From assembly GCA_973895155.1 (NCBI GenBank), contig OZ316893.1, positions 19,596,857 through 19,660,856 of the forward strand: a stretch of 64,000 bases of DNA, read 5' to 3'. Under the pieces are notes generated by a model. That model was not told the DNA's origin. It did no database searches and worked only from the letters and a program-made list of their open reading frames with translations. The stretch's first letter is position 1. The number at the start of each line of letters is the position of its first letter. The DNA comes from Marsupella aquatica. Its lineage: Eukaryota > Plantae > Marchantiophyta. Shown one piece after another: positions 25,750 through 37,427 of the stretch. Both the position numbers and the translations under genes were made by a program.

Positions 25750-27600
25750 CAATTGTAAATGGGCACACTTACAGAATCCCTCCAATGCCATTTCACAATT
25801 GACAAACAAACCATTTTCTACAAGCAACCGCAATATGATTTCAGGACGCAGCTTTCACCAAGCAACCCACCAAATAACCACCAAATAACAGTGAAGGTGT
25901 GCTTACACGTCCCAAAGGGACTTAAAACACAAGCTTTCCAAACAAGTACATTCGAATGTTCTATGTATGTGCGGAGCTCACTGAATTCAGATCAGGGTTC
26001 TGCCAAATACTTCAGAGTTCCTTACATGCACAGGTGTTACTCAAAATAGCGGAGACACTATTGATAACAGTTACCCAGACTTTGTCCAGCGAACGTGATG
26101 TAACATTAAGATCGGCCAACATTTGTACGATACACAATTTTCACAGATCGCAGTCACTGGTGAGATGACATTGTAGACTCAGTTTTGATTGACCTGGATC
26201 GCAGGGAACATTTGTGAGAGGTGCGTTGATAATTGTTTATGATGTGATTCCCCTAGACCGAAAATTCTGTGTTCAAGGTATGTGAGCAACCTTGACATTG
26301 AGGGCAATTGCTATCATATATGTGTGTACTTCTCCTAGGATGGTTCCAACAGCAAGCTCCTCAGAATTTGAAAGCCTAGTTTACTATAGAGTAATCCGTA
26401 TATGGATCATTCAGACTTAGTAAAGAAGAAAACATCAATATTCGTGTCTGATTTCACCAAAGACGAACGAGCTTTATAGTAAGCTTGACAAGAAGCATCC
26501 AGAAAGTTCGATGTAGCTGCCCAGGACTAATCTGTAACTTTGCCGACAAAATCATAGAGGAGATCATCACTTATGTAGGTACCTGAGAAAGATTCGTCAC
26601 GAATGATTCATGGTGAGAAAGTGATATCAGACTCTTTCCCCTAGAGATTTCCTTCTACACTGCATCGTAGAAACTTGAGAGAATTTCATGAGGGACAACA
26701 TCATCGCTACAATTAATTTTTCATTCATTGATTGTTTGAAAAGTTGGCGGTACCCCTTCGCGTCCATCAAGAGACCCAGTAACTTTCCATCAACAAACAT
26801 GTCGAACACTTCCAAACTATGCAATTCTTGAGTAAGAAAAGTTGTTGCGCGTGAATTTAGTTCATGCATAACGAGAGATGGTACCGAGGTAGGTACCTTT
26901 TGGATTGTGGTCAAGAGGCCCTGTGGTTTGTGGCTGAGGTGATCCAACCCAGGAAATCAAGTGGTTTACAGTCCGTTTCTAAGGAAGTGACGACCTTAAT
27001 ATGCTTGTCATTTTTGACCTTTACGTGATCAGCACTGGCAGCACATGTCCTCTCAAGTGGCACACGAAGGAAATGACCTATCGCAAATAGTCCCAAACAG
27101 CCTCCAATCTATGTGGCGAATTCCAAAAAAAGTAGGCGTTCCAACGCGGTGGAGCGTTACCACGGGACAACAGAGGAGAGATGCTCCCGACCAAATGTCG
27201 TATGCCGTCTGGTTTATGCGCATCAAGACAACGCATCTGCTTCCCTCAGATGATGTCAATGAGTGATGGCACCCCCCCCGCCCCCGACGTTACTGCAACA
27301 GGAGTACACTCGACTCCGGAGACCATGCTCTCCTCAAAGGTGTTGCACCGAAAGGGTGCGCACTGCATTGGAGACGTGTCCAAACAACCTCCTAAGAGGT
27401 CCCGTCCCGGTGGTACACGGGGTCCACCACTAAAGCTGTTGCTGAGCAGCTCTTTCAGGACGCCTACGCTAACACAAAACGAGGATTGGACCTGAGTAGT
27501 CACATTATTTGGTGTGGTGAAACTTATGGTCTTTCTCATTACCGGGTGCAAACATGCGAAGAAAACGGACATTTTTGTCATCAGTGTCTTGTCAAGAAGC
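25750..27600 (-). pseudogene. Fragmented coding-like relic, possibly a Mutator/SWIM-type DNA transposase
   Basis: Several stop-broken minus-strand ORF pieces (27581-27246, 27259-27053, 26947-26627), followed by VYNVISPVTAICENCVSY and CVLSPFGTCKH, reminiscent of a SWIM finger. Flanked by repeat arrays. Family assignment weak. Confidence 0.3.
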
Positions 27601-27690
27601 GGTTTCCAGTCGACTCTTCGTCGGGTAACAATGCCTCACATTTTTGGTCACCAGCGCGAGAACGCATAATGTAAGGAAGAAAGCAAAACA

Positions 27691-28030
27691 AAGGACAGAA
27701 AGAATAGCCCTCATGGAACTAGCTATTCCGAGGTGGAAGTCCAATTGATCCTTCGTTTAGGGTGAGAATGAGATCGCACACTGTACTCAACATTTTGGTT
27801 ACCAGAGCCTAACATCGTATCAAGCAAACTTGCAAGGACAGAAAACAGCGCTCTCACTGAACTAGCTATTCTGAGGTGGACGTTAAATTGATCCTTCATT
27901 TAGGGTAAAAAGGAGATCGCATACTGTACTCGACATTTTGCTTACCGGCGCGTGATATCGAGCATAAATGCAAGGACAGAAATGAGAACCCTAACTGAAC
28001 TAGCTATTCCGAGGGGAAGTCAGATTGATA
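27691..28030. repeat. ~140-bp tandem repeat, about 2.5 copies
   Basis: aaggacagaaa...gaactagctatt(c/t)cgagg-like units start at 27691, 27834 and 27972. Confidence 0.8.
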
Positions 28031-28657
28031 TACACGCAGAAAGATCGCTTGTCAATGATTGATACTAGTTTGGTCATCGGTGTTTATTTGCAGCGCGATC
28101 AGAAGCACAGACCTCCGGTAAAATGCCATTTCTTTGTCTAAAGCAAAATTTACAGAACACAACAAAACATACTCAATGATGTTGAACAATGAAGATGCAG
28201 CAAATTCAGGAGATCCTTACCAAAGAGACTATCTCTATGCCGGAAGCACAATCTTGCGCAATTGAAGAAAGCATCTCGATCGATCCCTTCGTTCAAAATG
28301 GCAATGGACGTTTGCCTCAAAGCCTTACTCTCCTTCCTCACCCAAACTAGTTCAAATCCTTTCCTGTCTACGCCATTATTAGGTGATGCAGCACAGTTTG
28401 AGCAACTCCACGACGCGCTGCAGTACTTTCTTCGCAATCGCAGATTCGCAGTGAACCCTGCTTCAACCCCAATTTCGGACTGATTACTCACCATAGCTCA
28501 AAGCTTTTCACGCCCAACTGGCCACAAGTTCAATCCCCCTGGGGCATCCCCTGCATTTGGTTCTGTTCCTGCTTATTTGACCATTCCCCTCAGTCCGGGA
28601 AAAAGAGTAGTCCATTGAGAAAATGGCATTGTCAGCCAGCAATCCCCCAAAATGGGA

Positions 28658-29310
28658 AGGATAAAAGGGTGTGTCAAAACACGGTCATAAATAAGACAGG
28701 CAGCCAAAATCTACAACTATAATATCCACGGTCATAAATAAGACAGGCAGCCAAAATCTACAACTATAATATCCAGTGTTTTTTTAGTACTTAGTCCCAA
28801 TACAAAAAACTTCTGGGCACTAAAGATCCACAGCAGTTGAATTATATTAACTGTTTTCCCTGACCTTAGATGGAGAAAATGTGCACCCCTGGCACATATA
28901 TGCTTCTCGCTGTCCCATAAATACCTTGGCCCAACTCTCCATGGGCCGGTCCTCCTTCCACAGTGCAACGCACTGACATAGAGCTCGTGTATAGGATAAT
29001 AGGGTGTGTCAAAACAAGGCCATAAATAAGATAAGCTACCAAAATGCATAGGATAATAGGGTATGTCAAACCAAAGCCATAAATAAGATAGGCCACTTCA
29101 ATAAAATAAAACTATTTTATGGCCACTCAAGAAGTAAGGAGTTAAGGGTTACCTAATTACCAGCCCTATAAAAATATTACGCCTATAACACATTGCTTAC
29201 AAGAGAATGGCCATAAACAGTTTTATGGCCATGAAGTAAGGAGTCAGGCGGCTACCTAATTACCAGCCCCATAGAATCTTACACCCATAGCACTTGGCTT
29301 ACAGGAGAAC
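28658..29310. repeat. Cluster of short tandem repeats (47-bp x2, ~57-bp x2, ~105-bp x2)
   Basis: acggtcataaataagacaggcagccaaaatctacaactataatatcc x2; ggataataggg..tgtcaaa...gccataaataagata x2; ttttatggcca...aagtaaggagt...acctaattaccagccc x2. Confidence 0.75.
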
Positions 29311-29543
29311 ATTGACAGGCGCTAATGAGTATCTTGGCACTAACAGTGTGTCCCCAAAGTGAAGAAAAGTTGAGCTATGGTACTTGCAAAACTTTTTGGA
29401 GCATTCTCAGAGTAGGGCTTGGACTAGAACCCCAACCCCAGTCGTCCTCATAGTTCGTAAATGTGGTATGGGAAAAAGTTTACGATCACCAGTTTCCTGC
29501 CAAGAGATTTGATGTAAATAATAAAGACACTACCAGTAACCTA

Positions 29544-29738
29544 TATTCCTTTATTCCATATCGCATTTACAGACCCACCAGTAAACTTTATTCCGTATCG
29601 CATTTACAAAGCCCACTGCGCCTTGCAGTCACCAAAGTTCTGTATTCCTTTATTCCATATCGCATTTACAGACCCACCAGTAACCTTTATTCCGTATTGC
29701 ATTTACAAAGCCCACTGCGCCTTGCAGTCACCAAAGTT
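29544..29738. repeat. 99-bp tandem duplication
   Basis: tattcctttattccatatcgcatttacagacccaccagtaa...gcccactgcgccttgcagtcaccaaagtt starts at 29544 and 29643. Confidence 0.9.
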
Positions 29739-30543
29739 GAGCCCCGGCTCTGCCAAATAGTTTCTCCAGACTGGCGGTCATGGGCTCCAGAAGGGGCAGC
29801 ATGATGCAGCAGGCAAATGCCCTCCTCTGACTGAAGAGTCCCAATCGCTGGATTGTGCTTCCTAGGGGATGAGGTGGGGTGTTGAAGATGTTTGTTTGGA
29901 CCTTCTGTGGTTCCTTGCTTGCCAAAACTACTCAGTGGAAAGTGTGTAGGGTGTGGGTGGGGAACCCAGCCCTACCCTAGAGGGCCTGGCTGCGGAAAGG
30001 ACCCTTCACACTTTTGAATCTGGATATTAAGATACTAGATGCACTTTCTATGAAATTAAAGTTACTTGTCTAAAAGTGTCATCCTAGATAAAGTGAACTC
30101 TGCTGTACATTGTGTGCAAGCTAAATTATGAATCTTAACGCTTGCAAGCAGGGAGAAAAAGGACCAAGAATTGCTGAAAAGGGCCAAACAAGGTATGTGA
30201 AGTACAATTAAACCGGGTTTAGAGGGCAAATGGAAACTCCCCAAACCTAGAACGAGGAAACGATGAGAAATCTAGAAATGCAGTAGTGGATGAGTCTAAC
30301 CAAGTCTGCAAATGGGACATGGATGTTTTCTAAGGGGCCAAGCCAACTAAAAGGTGGTGCCCTTCACCTAGCATTCCTGCTTTTGACACCCTCTATTGTC
30401 ATGTGGCCAGGGATGTGAATCATGGCATGCTTGCTTGAAAAGCATGGTGCATGGTCCCCGTCAAGGTCCAATAATTGATTGCAATTGGCCGATGAGCCCG
30501 TCCATATCTTTGAAAGGAACCTGGATGGGTACTACCTGGAACC

Positions 30544-30754
30544 TGTTGGAACTTTGTAGAAAGTTCCTGCCGTTACGAGGAAGATCTGATCTTGTCGTGT
30601 AGCGCGTATTTATCGGGCTCTCTCTCTGCTGTCGGATTTAGGGTCTCTCTCCTGGACGTTGATTCCCTTCCTTCCCGGCTGCAGCTGCCGCTACTTATTG
30701 GTTCATCGTCTCTGCACCTTTAGTTCATATTATGGTATGTTCATGTTTTCAACA
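30544..30754 (+). repeat. 5' LTR (211 bp)
   Basis: TGTTGGAAC...TTTTCAACA. By eye it differs from the 3' LTR by one 8-bp indel (gctactta) and one T/C substitution. Confidence 0.97.
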
Positions 30755-30766
30755 TGGTATCAGAGC
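30755..30766 (+). promoter_or_regulatory. Primer binding site complementary to initiator tRNA-Met
   Basis: TGGTATCAGAGC immediately after the 5' LTR. Confidence 0.95.
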
Positions 30767-30926
30767 GCAGCTTTGCTCACTCTCAATAGATTAGATTAGT
30801 AGAGGCGTAGTAATCCAGGTAGAAAAGTTCCCTGGCCTCTTACTCTTGCATCTGAAGTCGCGACAGTAGTCCTGAGTGAAAGTTCCTCATAGCACAGACT
30901 GTAGCGACAGATCGTGTCATTCAGAC

Positions 30927-33900
30927 ATGGAATTGTTAAAGTGTTTTTCTGAGAGTGACAAATTAGAAGGATCCAGCAATCATTTAGCGTGGACCATCCT
31001 CGTCAAGAATATGCTGAAACGTGATGAACTCTTCACTGAGCTCAACTTTGGCGTCAAGCCTGATGCCAATGGTCAAGTCCAAGATGGCGGAGCTCATCTC
31101 ACTGCACGTGAGATTGAAAAGAAGAAAGTATGGGCCACTTCGATTCTCGCTGCTACAATGAAAGCAAAATACCTGCCGACAGTTGATAAGTACTCAGATG
31201 ACCCAGCCAAGTGCTGGGACCACTTCCAACAACGATTTGGTGGTGCTCTTGTGCAAAGACGATTAATGCTGGAACAGAAGCTTGCAGACATTCGCATGTC
31301 TGACGGCACCTCTGTGGAAGACTTCATCAACAACGTTAACAATATTGCTGGCCAACTGAGCAGCATTGATGCTGAAGTTGCCGACGACAAACTGATTCAC
31401 CTGGTCCTTCGTGGACTCCCCCCTAGCTGGGGTTCTTTCGTGTCTGTTTTTTCTTCTGACCTCTCTCGCAACCCTCCTCCTCAGTTTTCCACTCTCATTG
31501 AGCGTATGCAGGCTGAAGAACTCTGGAAGAAGAACTCTCAGCGCGAACCTGTTGAAGAGGCACTGTCGGTCACTCGGTTTACCAGACCAAATGGCCGTGG
31601 TCGTGGAAGGTTTCAGCCTCGGCCTTCCTTCTCTGACCCTCCTCGCTATCCCTCTTACTCTCGTGCTGCAGGAGGACGTGGGATCCGCCGCAACACCACC
31701 TGCAACTACTGCGGCAAACCTGGACATTGGGAGGCTGACTGCAATCTCAAGAAGGTGGATGAGCAGATTGCTCAGCTACAACTTAAAGCTGCTGGCTTAC
31801 GATGCTTTCGTCCTCAAGCCAACGTTGCTGAGATCTCTCATGAGGACGAAGATTTCTACGAAGAGGAAGAAGAAGGCGAAGGCGAACCCAGTAACACTGC
31901 TCTTGAAGCCAATTTCACTGAGATTCTTCCTAGTCGCGAATCTAGTAATTGGATCTTAGACTCAGGAGCTAGTGTCCATGTCTCTGGCGACAAGTCTGTC
32001 TTCTCTGGACTAAATCCGTCTACTAGCTCAGGATCGGTCGCCACTGCAAGTGGTACCAAACTTCCTGTTGCTGGACACGGTACTGTCAACATTGATACAA
32101 ATAAAACAGTCCGCAATGTTCTCTATGTGCCCGGTCTTTGTCGTAATCTTATGTCCGTAGGTAATCTCACTGATGCTGGTCATAATGTTATGTTTAATTC
32201 CAAGTCCTGCCTTGTATTCGACAAAGATAACCCTCACAAAATCTTTCTCCGCGGCACTAGGGACCCCGCAAATCATCTATATCGGTTAACCCAGTCTCTC
32301 CCATCTATTCCACCCTCATCAACCTCCTCCCGCCTACTACCTCGGGTTCTATCTCAATCTGCACCTGTACTTAGTGTTGAATCTTCTCCCTCAGACTATC
32401 CTGTCGATCTATGGCACCGACGTCTGTGTCACGTGAACTTTCAAATGGTCCACCATATGTCTCATCGCGGTCTTGCTCTCGGTCTTCCATCTTTACCGAG
32501 AGTCAAACGGTCTTGTGAAACTTGTACTGTCACCAAACATCATCGCGACAAGACACCCAAGTCGTCTGCTACTCGTACTTCTCGCCCTTTGCAGATTATT
32601 CACTCTGACCTTTGTGGTCCTTTTCCTGTCTCCACATCTCAAAAATACATACTCACGTTTATAGATGACTTCTCTCGATTTACCTGGGTTTATTTCCTTT
32701 CTAGTAAAGCCGAAACTTTCCAACGTTTCCAGGAATTCAAGCTTCTTGTCGAGAAGCAATTCTCGCTTCCGATCTCATGTCTCCATTCTGATCGCGGAGG
32801 TGAGTACCTATCCACCGAATTTCTTGCCTTCTGTCGACAACACAGCATCCGTCGTCAGCTGACCGTGGCTCGCACACCTCATCAGAATGGAGTGGCCGAA
32901 CGAAAAAATTGTACCCTCCTTGAGGGCACCAGGAGCATTCTCCTCAGCTCTAATATTCCCATCTCCTTATGGACTGAAGCTGTTCGCACTGCTAACTATA
33001 CACAAAATCGTTGCGGCACTCGGGCACTTCACTTGCAAACCCCATTCGAAGCTTTACACGGTAAGAAACCAGATCTTTCACATCTCCGTGTTATTGGCAG
33101 TCTTGCTTATGTTCTTGTTCCTCCTCACTTACGCACTAAACTCAGCGCCAAGACCCTCCAGACTGTCCTGCTAGGATACGATGAACAATCTAAAGCATAT
33201 CGTTGCTATGACCCCTCTTGAAGACGTATTATCATTGCCTCCAATGTTAGCATTCATGAGTCTATCCGTGGGGACTTCCCCTCTAATCATGCTGCTGTCA
33301 CCAAGATCTTTCAACACTTGCTTGGTGAACCTTTTGTTGGTCCTCCTGACCAAGAGGGGGTAGCTACCATCGACAACTCTGCTGCTGCCCCAACTGATGA
33401 CAACTCTGTCGCTGCCCCTAACGGTGTTGAGCTCGTTCCGCCTGTGCCTCCGGATGCTGACATCGAGATTCCTGACTACACCAAGCTCCCCGACTCTCAT
33501 GCTCCTGCCACTCGTCATTCTCTCCGTGTCAGACGCCCTCCATCTTGGCATAACGACTATGACATGACCAATCGGGCTGATCAGCTTGACACATTCCTTG
33601 TGGAATCCTCTCAACCTGAGTCTGACAACATCAGTGTTACCGAAGCTCTTGCCCATCCCCTATGGCGAGCAGCTATGAAGGAGGAATTTGATGCGCTCAT
33701 CAAGATGGGCACATGGGATCTGGTTCCACTTCCACCAGGTAAACGTGCTTTGTCTGCTAAGTGGGTTCTTCGCTCCAAGCCATGTCTGCATCCAACTCAC
33801 TTCAGGCTAAAGGCATGACTTGTTGCTCGTGGTCTCGAACAACGTTATGGTGTTGATTATTTAGAGACTTTTGCTCTCGTTGTAAAATGGTCCACCCTAC

Positions 33901-35243
33901 GGACTGTTATCGCTCTGGCTGTGGCAAACGGCTGGGACCTACACCATATGGACGTGATCACTGCCTTTCTCAACGGCACCATCACCGAAGAGCTGTATAT
34001 GCAACAACCACATGGATTTGAGGTTCCCGGGCAAGAACATCTGGTCTGTCGTCTTCGCCGCTCCCTTTACGGCCTCAAGCAATCACCCCATGCCTGGTAC
34101 GAAGAAATAAATTCCTATCTGATTGCTTCCGGATGGACCAGGAGCATGGCTGACAGCAACTTATACTTCCTTCGTGAAGGCTCATCTATTGTGATTCTCA
34201 TGCTCTACGTGGACGACCTCCTAGTCACTGGTAGCAATTCGGAGAAAATTGCTGAGATCAAATCTCAACTCCACAATCGATACGACATGAAGGACCTTGG
34301 TCTTATCCAAAAATATCTGGGCATTGAATTCCAACGTACGTCTGCTGGGCTATTTCTACACCAAACTTCCTACTGCCAACAACTTGTTGCTGAATACGGC
34401 ATGACCGGGGGCACACCTGAATTTATTCCTCTTCCTGAAGGCCATGTTCTCACGTCAGACACAAATACACCTCCTGTGGATGTCTCTGATTATTGTCATG
34501 CAGTTGGGAAACTTATATTTCTCACTCACACTCGTCCCAACATTGCCTATGCTGTCGGCATCGTTAGTCGCTACATGACTCGGCCTCAACAAAGTCATTG
34601 GGAATCTGTCAAACACATTCTTCGCTATCTTAGTCACACGACTGACTACGGTATTCATTGTCAAAAATCTCCCTGCCCTCTTCTTACTGGCTTTACCGAT
34701 GCTGATTTCTTGGGCTGCCCTGAAACTCGTCGTTCCATTGGCGCTTATCTCTTTCAACTCGCTTCGGGCCCAATTTCCTGGTCTAGCAAGCAACAACCTA
34801 CTGTTTCAGACAGTACCACTGAAGCGGAGTACAAAGCGCTCTCTGAGGGAGCAAAGGAAGGAGTCTACATTCGTCGTCTACTCTTTGAGCTCAGCTCCGA
34901 CTCCTCTCTCCAGGTTCCTCTTACCTTTTCCAACCCGTCTATTCAGCAAGATCTTTCGCAAGCAGCTATTCCCTCTGCTCTTGACCTTCACCTACACTGT
35001 GATAATCAAGGCTCTATAAAACTCGCTCGCAATCCAGTTTTTCACGCCAGGACCAAGCACATAGAGGGGAAACACCATTTCATTCGTGAACGTGTGCTTG
35101 AAAGGGAAATTTCACTTTCTTACATTAATTCTGCTGATAATCCTGCTGACTTGCTCACCAAGCCACTAAGTCGCCTCAAATTTGAGAAACACAGAACCTT
35201 TACTGGAGTCAAATCAATTAAAGCCGCTCTCACTGCCAACTAG
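30927..35243 (+). pseudogene. Copia Gag-Pol polyprotein in a single frame, interrupted by two TGA stops (33219, 33816)
   Basis: The three ORFs in the track share one frame. Zinc knuckle CNYCGKPGHWEADC; protease WILDSGAS; LWHRRLCH..C..C; integrase HSDLCGP/FIDDFSR/SDRGGEY/QNGVAERKN; RT KA*LVARG, MDVITAFLNG, LYGLKQS, YVDD; RNase H DADF, TEAEY, CDNQG, HARTKHI, ADLLTK. Confidence 0.95.
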
Positions 35244-35291
35244 CCTACTTAACTGCCTACTTAACTATCTATCACTTTCTTATCCCTTCTG

Positions 35292-35954
35292 CTAATGCTC
35301 ATCTATCTCATACTCTACTGCTCTACGATGATACCTCATAAACTGCTCCGCCTCTACCAATGTTCTAAATGCCTCGTGACAATTCCCTGAATAACCCGTC
35401 ACCTGCATGCTTGCATCTGCCCACGATCCATATATTCCAGGTACTCGACCCACTGCTACTGCATAGTACTTCTTCGGCGCTACTCCTCCAGCAACCCGGC
35501 TCCCCTCTCGCTCCTCCGCCCTCTGCTGAACCCTCATCTTACTTGGCCATCTCCTCAGAATCGACGCTGCCGCATACTGTTGCTCCTTACTACATGGTTT
35601 CCATTGCTGGTCGACTTCCATCTCCTCCTGTGTGTGCTTCTTCCTTGGAGTCTGCTCGGACTCAGAGGGGGCTACCAGCACACTCTTCGGCACTTTCGGT
35701 GGAGAAATCCATGCATCAGAGGGGGCTTCATCTCCTGCTTCGCTCTTGCCACCTGCCACTTTTTCGATCTCTTCATGACCACAATCGTCTTTCGGCTCCA
35801 GTTCTCTCACCAAGCGCGCCAACAGCTTCACTGTCTTGTGGGCAATTTGGAGCAGCAACCCCACTGCCTCTAACACTGTCCATAACGTTCTTAACACTGC
35901 ACGACACATTGCCCGTCCTGTCTTGGTCTTCATTTCTCCTGTTTGGATCGACAT
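35292..35954 (-). CDS. Antisense accessory ORF of the Copia element: 220 aa with a C-terminal RNase H1 N-terminal / caulimovirus viroplasmin (Cauli_VI) hybrid-binding domain
   Basis: True ATG at 35954, intact to its stop. Residues 161-207, KKYYAVAVGRVPGIYGSWADASMQVTGYSGNCHEAFRTLVEAEQFMR, match the RNase H1 hybrid-binding consensus (YYAVxxGRxxGIYxxWxxCxxQVxGxxxxx(Y/H)KxFxTxxEAxxF). The ORF fills the space between the pol stop and the PPT. Confidence 0.85.
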   Translation of the reverse strand: MSIQTGEMKTKTGRAMCRAVLRTLWTVLEAVGLLLQIAHKTVKLLARLVRELEPKDDCGHEEIEKVAGGKSEAGDEAPSDAWISPPKVPKSVLVAPSESEQTPRKKHTQEEMEVDQQWKPCSKEQQYAAASILRRWPSKMRVQQRAEEREGSRVAGGVAPKKYYAVAVGRVPGIYGSWADASMQVTGYSGNCHEAFRTLVEAEQFMRYHRRAVEYEIDEH

Positions 35955-35986
35955 CCCTCTCAGACTAAATCTTCCTCGAGAGGGGG

Positions 35987-36189
35987 TGTTGGAACTTTGT
36001 AGAAAGTTCCTGCCGTTACGAGGAAGATCTGATCTTGTCGTGTAGCGCGTATTTATCGGGCTCTCTCTCTGCTGTCGGATTTAGGGTCTCTCTCCTGGAC
36101 GTTGATTCCCTTCCTTCCCGGCTGCAGCTGCCTTGGTTCATCGTCTCTGCACCTTTAGTTCATATTATGGTATGTTCACGTTTTCAACA
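35987..36189 (+). repeat. 3' LTR (203 bp)
   Basis: TGTTGGAAC...TTTTCAACA, preceded by the PPT and followed by TSD GAACC. Confidence 0.97.
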
Positions 36190-37427
36190 GAACCCTGGCT
36201 GGTGTAGTAAATCAATCTCTTGCCTCAAGTTCTTTCAATTAATTAAAGAGTGCCAGAATGGCCCTACATGCAGCACTGCTGCAGGAACGGAAGCGTAAAG
36301 ATTTCATGGACAGCCACACCGCAGGTGCAAGAGTCTTGAACAGACCATGGACATAATACAATCGTAGCGATGTTCGGTGACTACTCAACTCAATCGCCTT
36401 AGAGGCCAGTCGAGCACGTTCAATAGAGTGATCCAAAGTGAGAGCAACTAAGACGTACCCCACTTGCGGGCTTGATATTACAAATGCAAATGATGAAAAA
36501 GGTGACTAGTAGTCATATGAGATTAGGAGGACGGAGACCCTGCATGAGGCTAACTGGACGGGGGACAAAGTGACTGAGCTCCTTGGCAAATTAGATGAAT
36601 GTTTATCCACTTTTCGCGGCAGATACCCGAAAGCAGCTGACAACGATATATGGTAATGTTTAACAATAAAAACGCATTAGAGACTTCTCAATGTACGTTA
36701 AATAATATCTAGCTCTTGCCTTGACCTATTAACGAGAGCTCAGGCAGCTTTTCTGGGCTTGATAATATATAATATTAAATTATACAAATTTAACTGCAAG
36801 GTCCTCGGTCAGATCTGAGGGCTATTTAAACAGCAATCATGTAAATACTAAATAAGCTAGTACTAACTCTATGATCTGATCGAGGTCATGCATGGCCACA
36901 GCCTTCTCGTTTAGAGCAGGAATTTAGGAATGGTCAGATGATCGATCAAGTCCCAAGACTGCCTGACCTGACTCAATCATCTATCGAACAACCAGACTAC
37001 GTACTGATCCTCTGACTGTGAAAATGCAAAGGTACGATGGTGCGCAGCCGAACGCATATTATACACTATTTACCTAGACGCATGCCTCCACGTTGAACGT
37101 GTAAATCAGCGCGCTGGAGTGTATCGAATTTGAAGATCGGTAGCGATCTCGATCTCTCTCAAACGAGGATGTCCAAGATTCTCTCCTCGAGTCCAAGACT
37201 CCCTCCTCAAGCGAGGAATCTCGTTGTATGACCTTGACGAGGCTGTTATCCTACACAGTATAGTAAGTACACAATGAACGGCACGTTAAGGCTTTCAATT
37301 CAAACATTCTCTGTTCTAAACTGGTTTTCATTGTACAAGCAGCCCACTCATCATAATGAAAAGAGTCACCAGCATTAATTATCGACCTTGAAAAGACCCT
37401 GCAGTTAACGAACATTTGATGACTAAC

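Larger units (their letters stand above)
30544..36189 (+). mobile_element. Full-length Ty1/Copia LTR retrotransposon, recent insertion
   Basis: LTRs at 30544-30754 and 35987-36189 (TG...CA). 5-bp TSD GAACC at 30539-30543 and 36190-36194. PBS TGGTATCAGAGC at 30755-30766; PPT GAGAGGGGG at 35978-35986. Domain order Gag-PR-INT-RT-RH. Confidence 0.98.

Noticed and set aside
27691-29740. Repeat arrays as a possible CRISPR-like locus
   Set aside because: The units are whole tandem duplications without unique spacers, the context is eukaryotic, and there are no cas genes.
35369-35968. 199-aa plus-strand ORF after pol as a possible env-like gene
   Set aside because: It is a Ser/Pro/Leu-rich shadow of the antisense ORF with no recognisable motif. 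The minus-strand frame carries the conserved domain.
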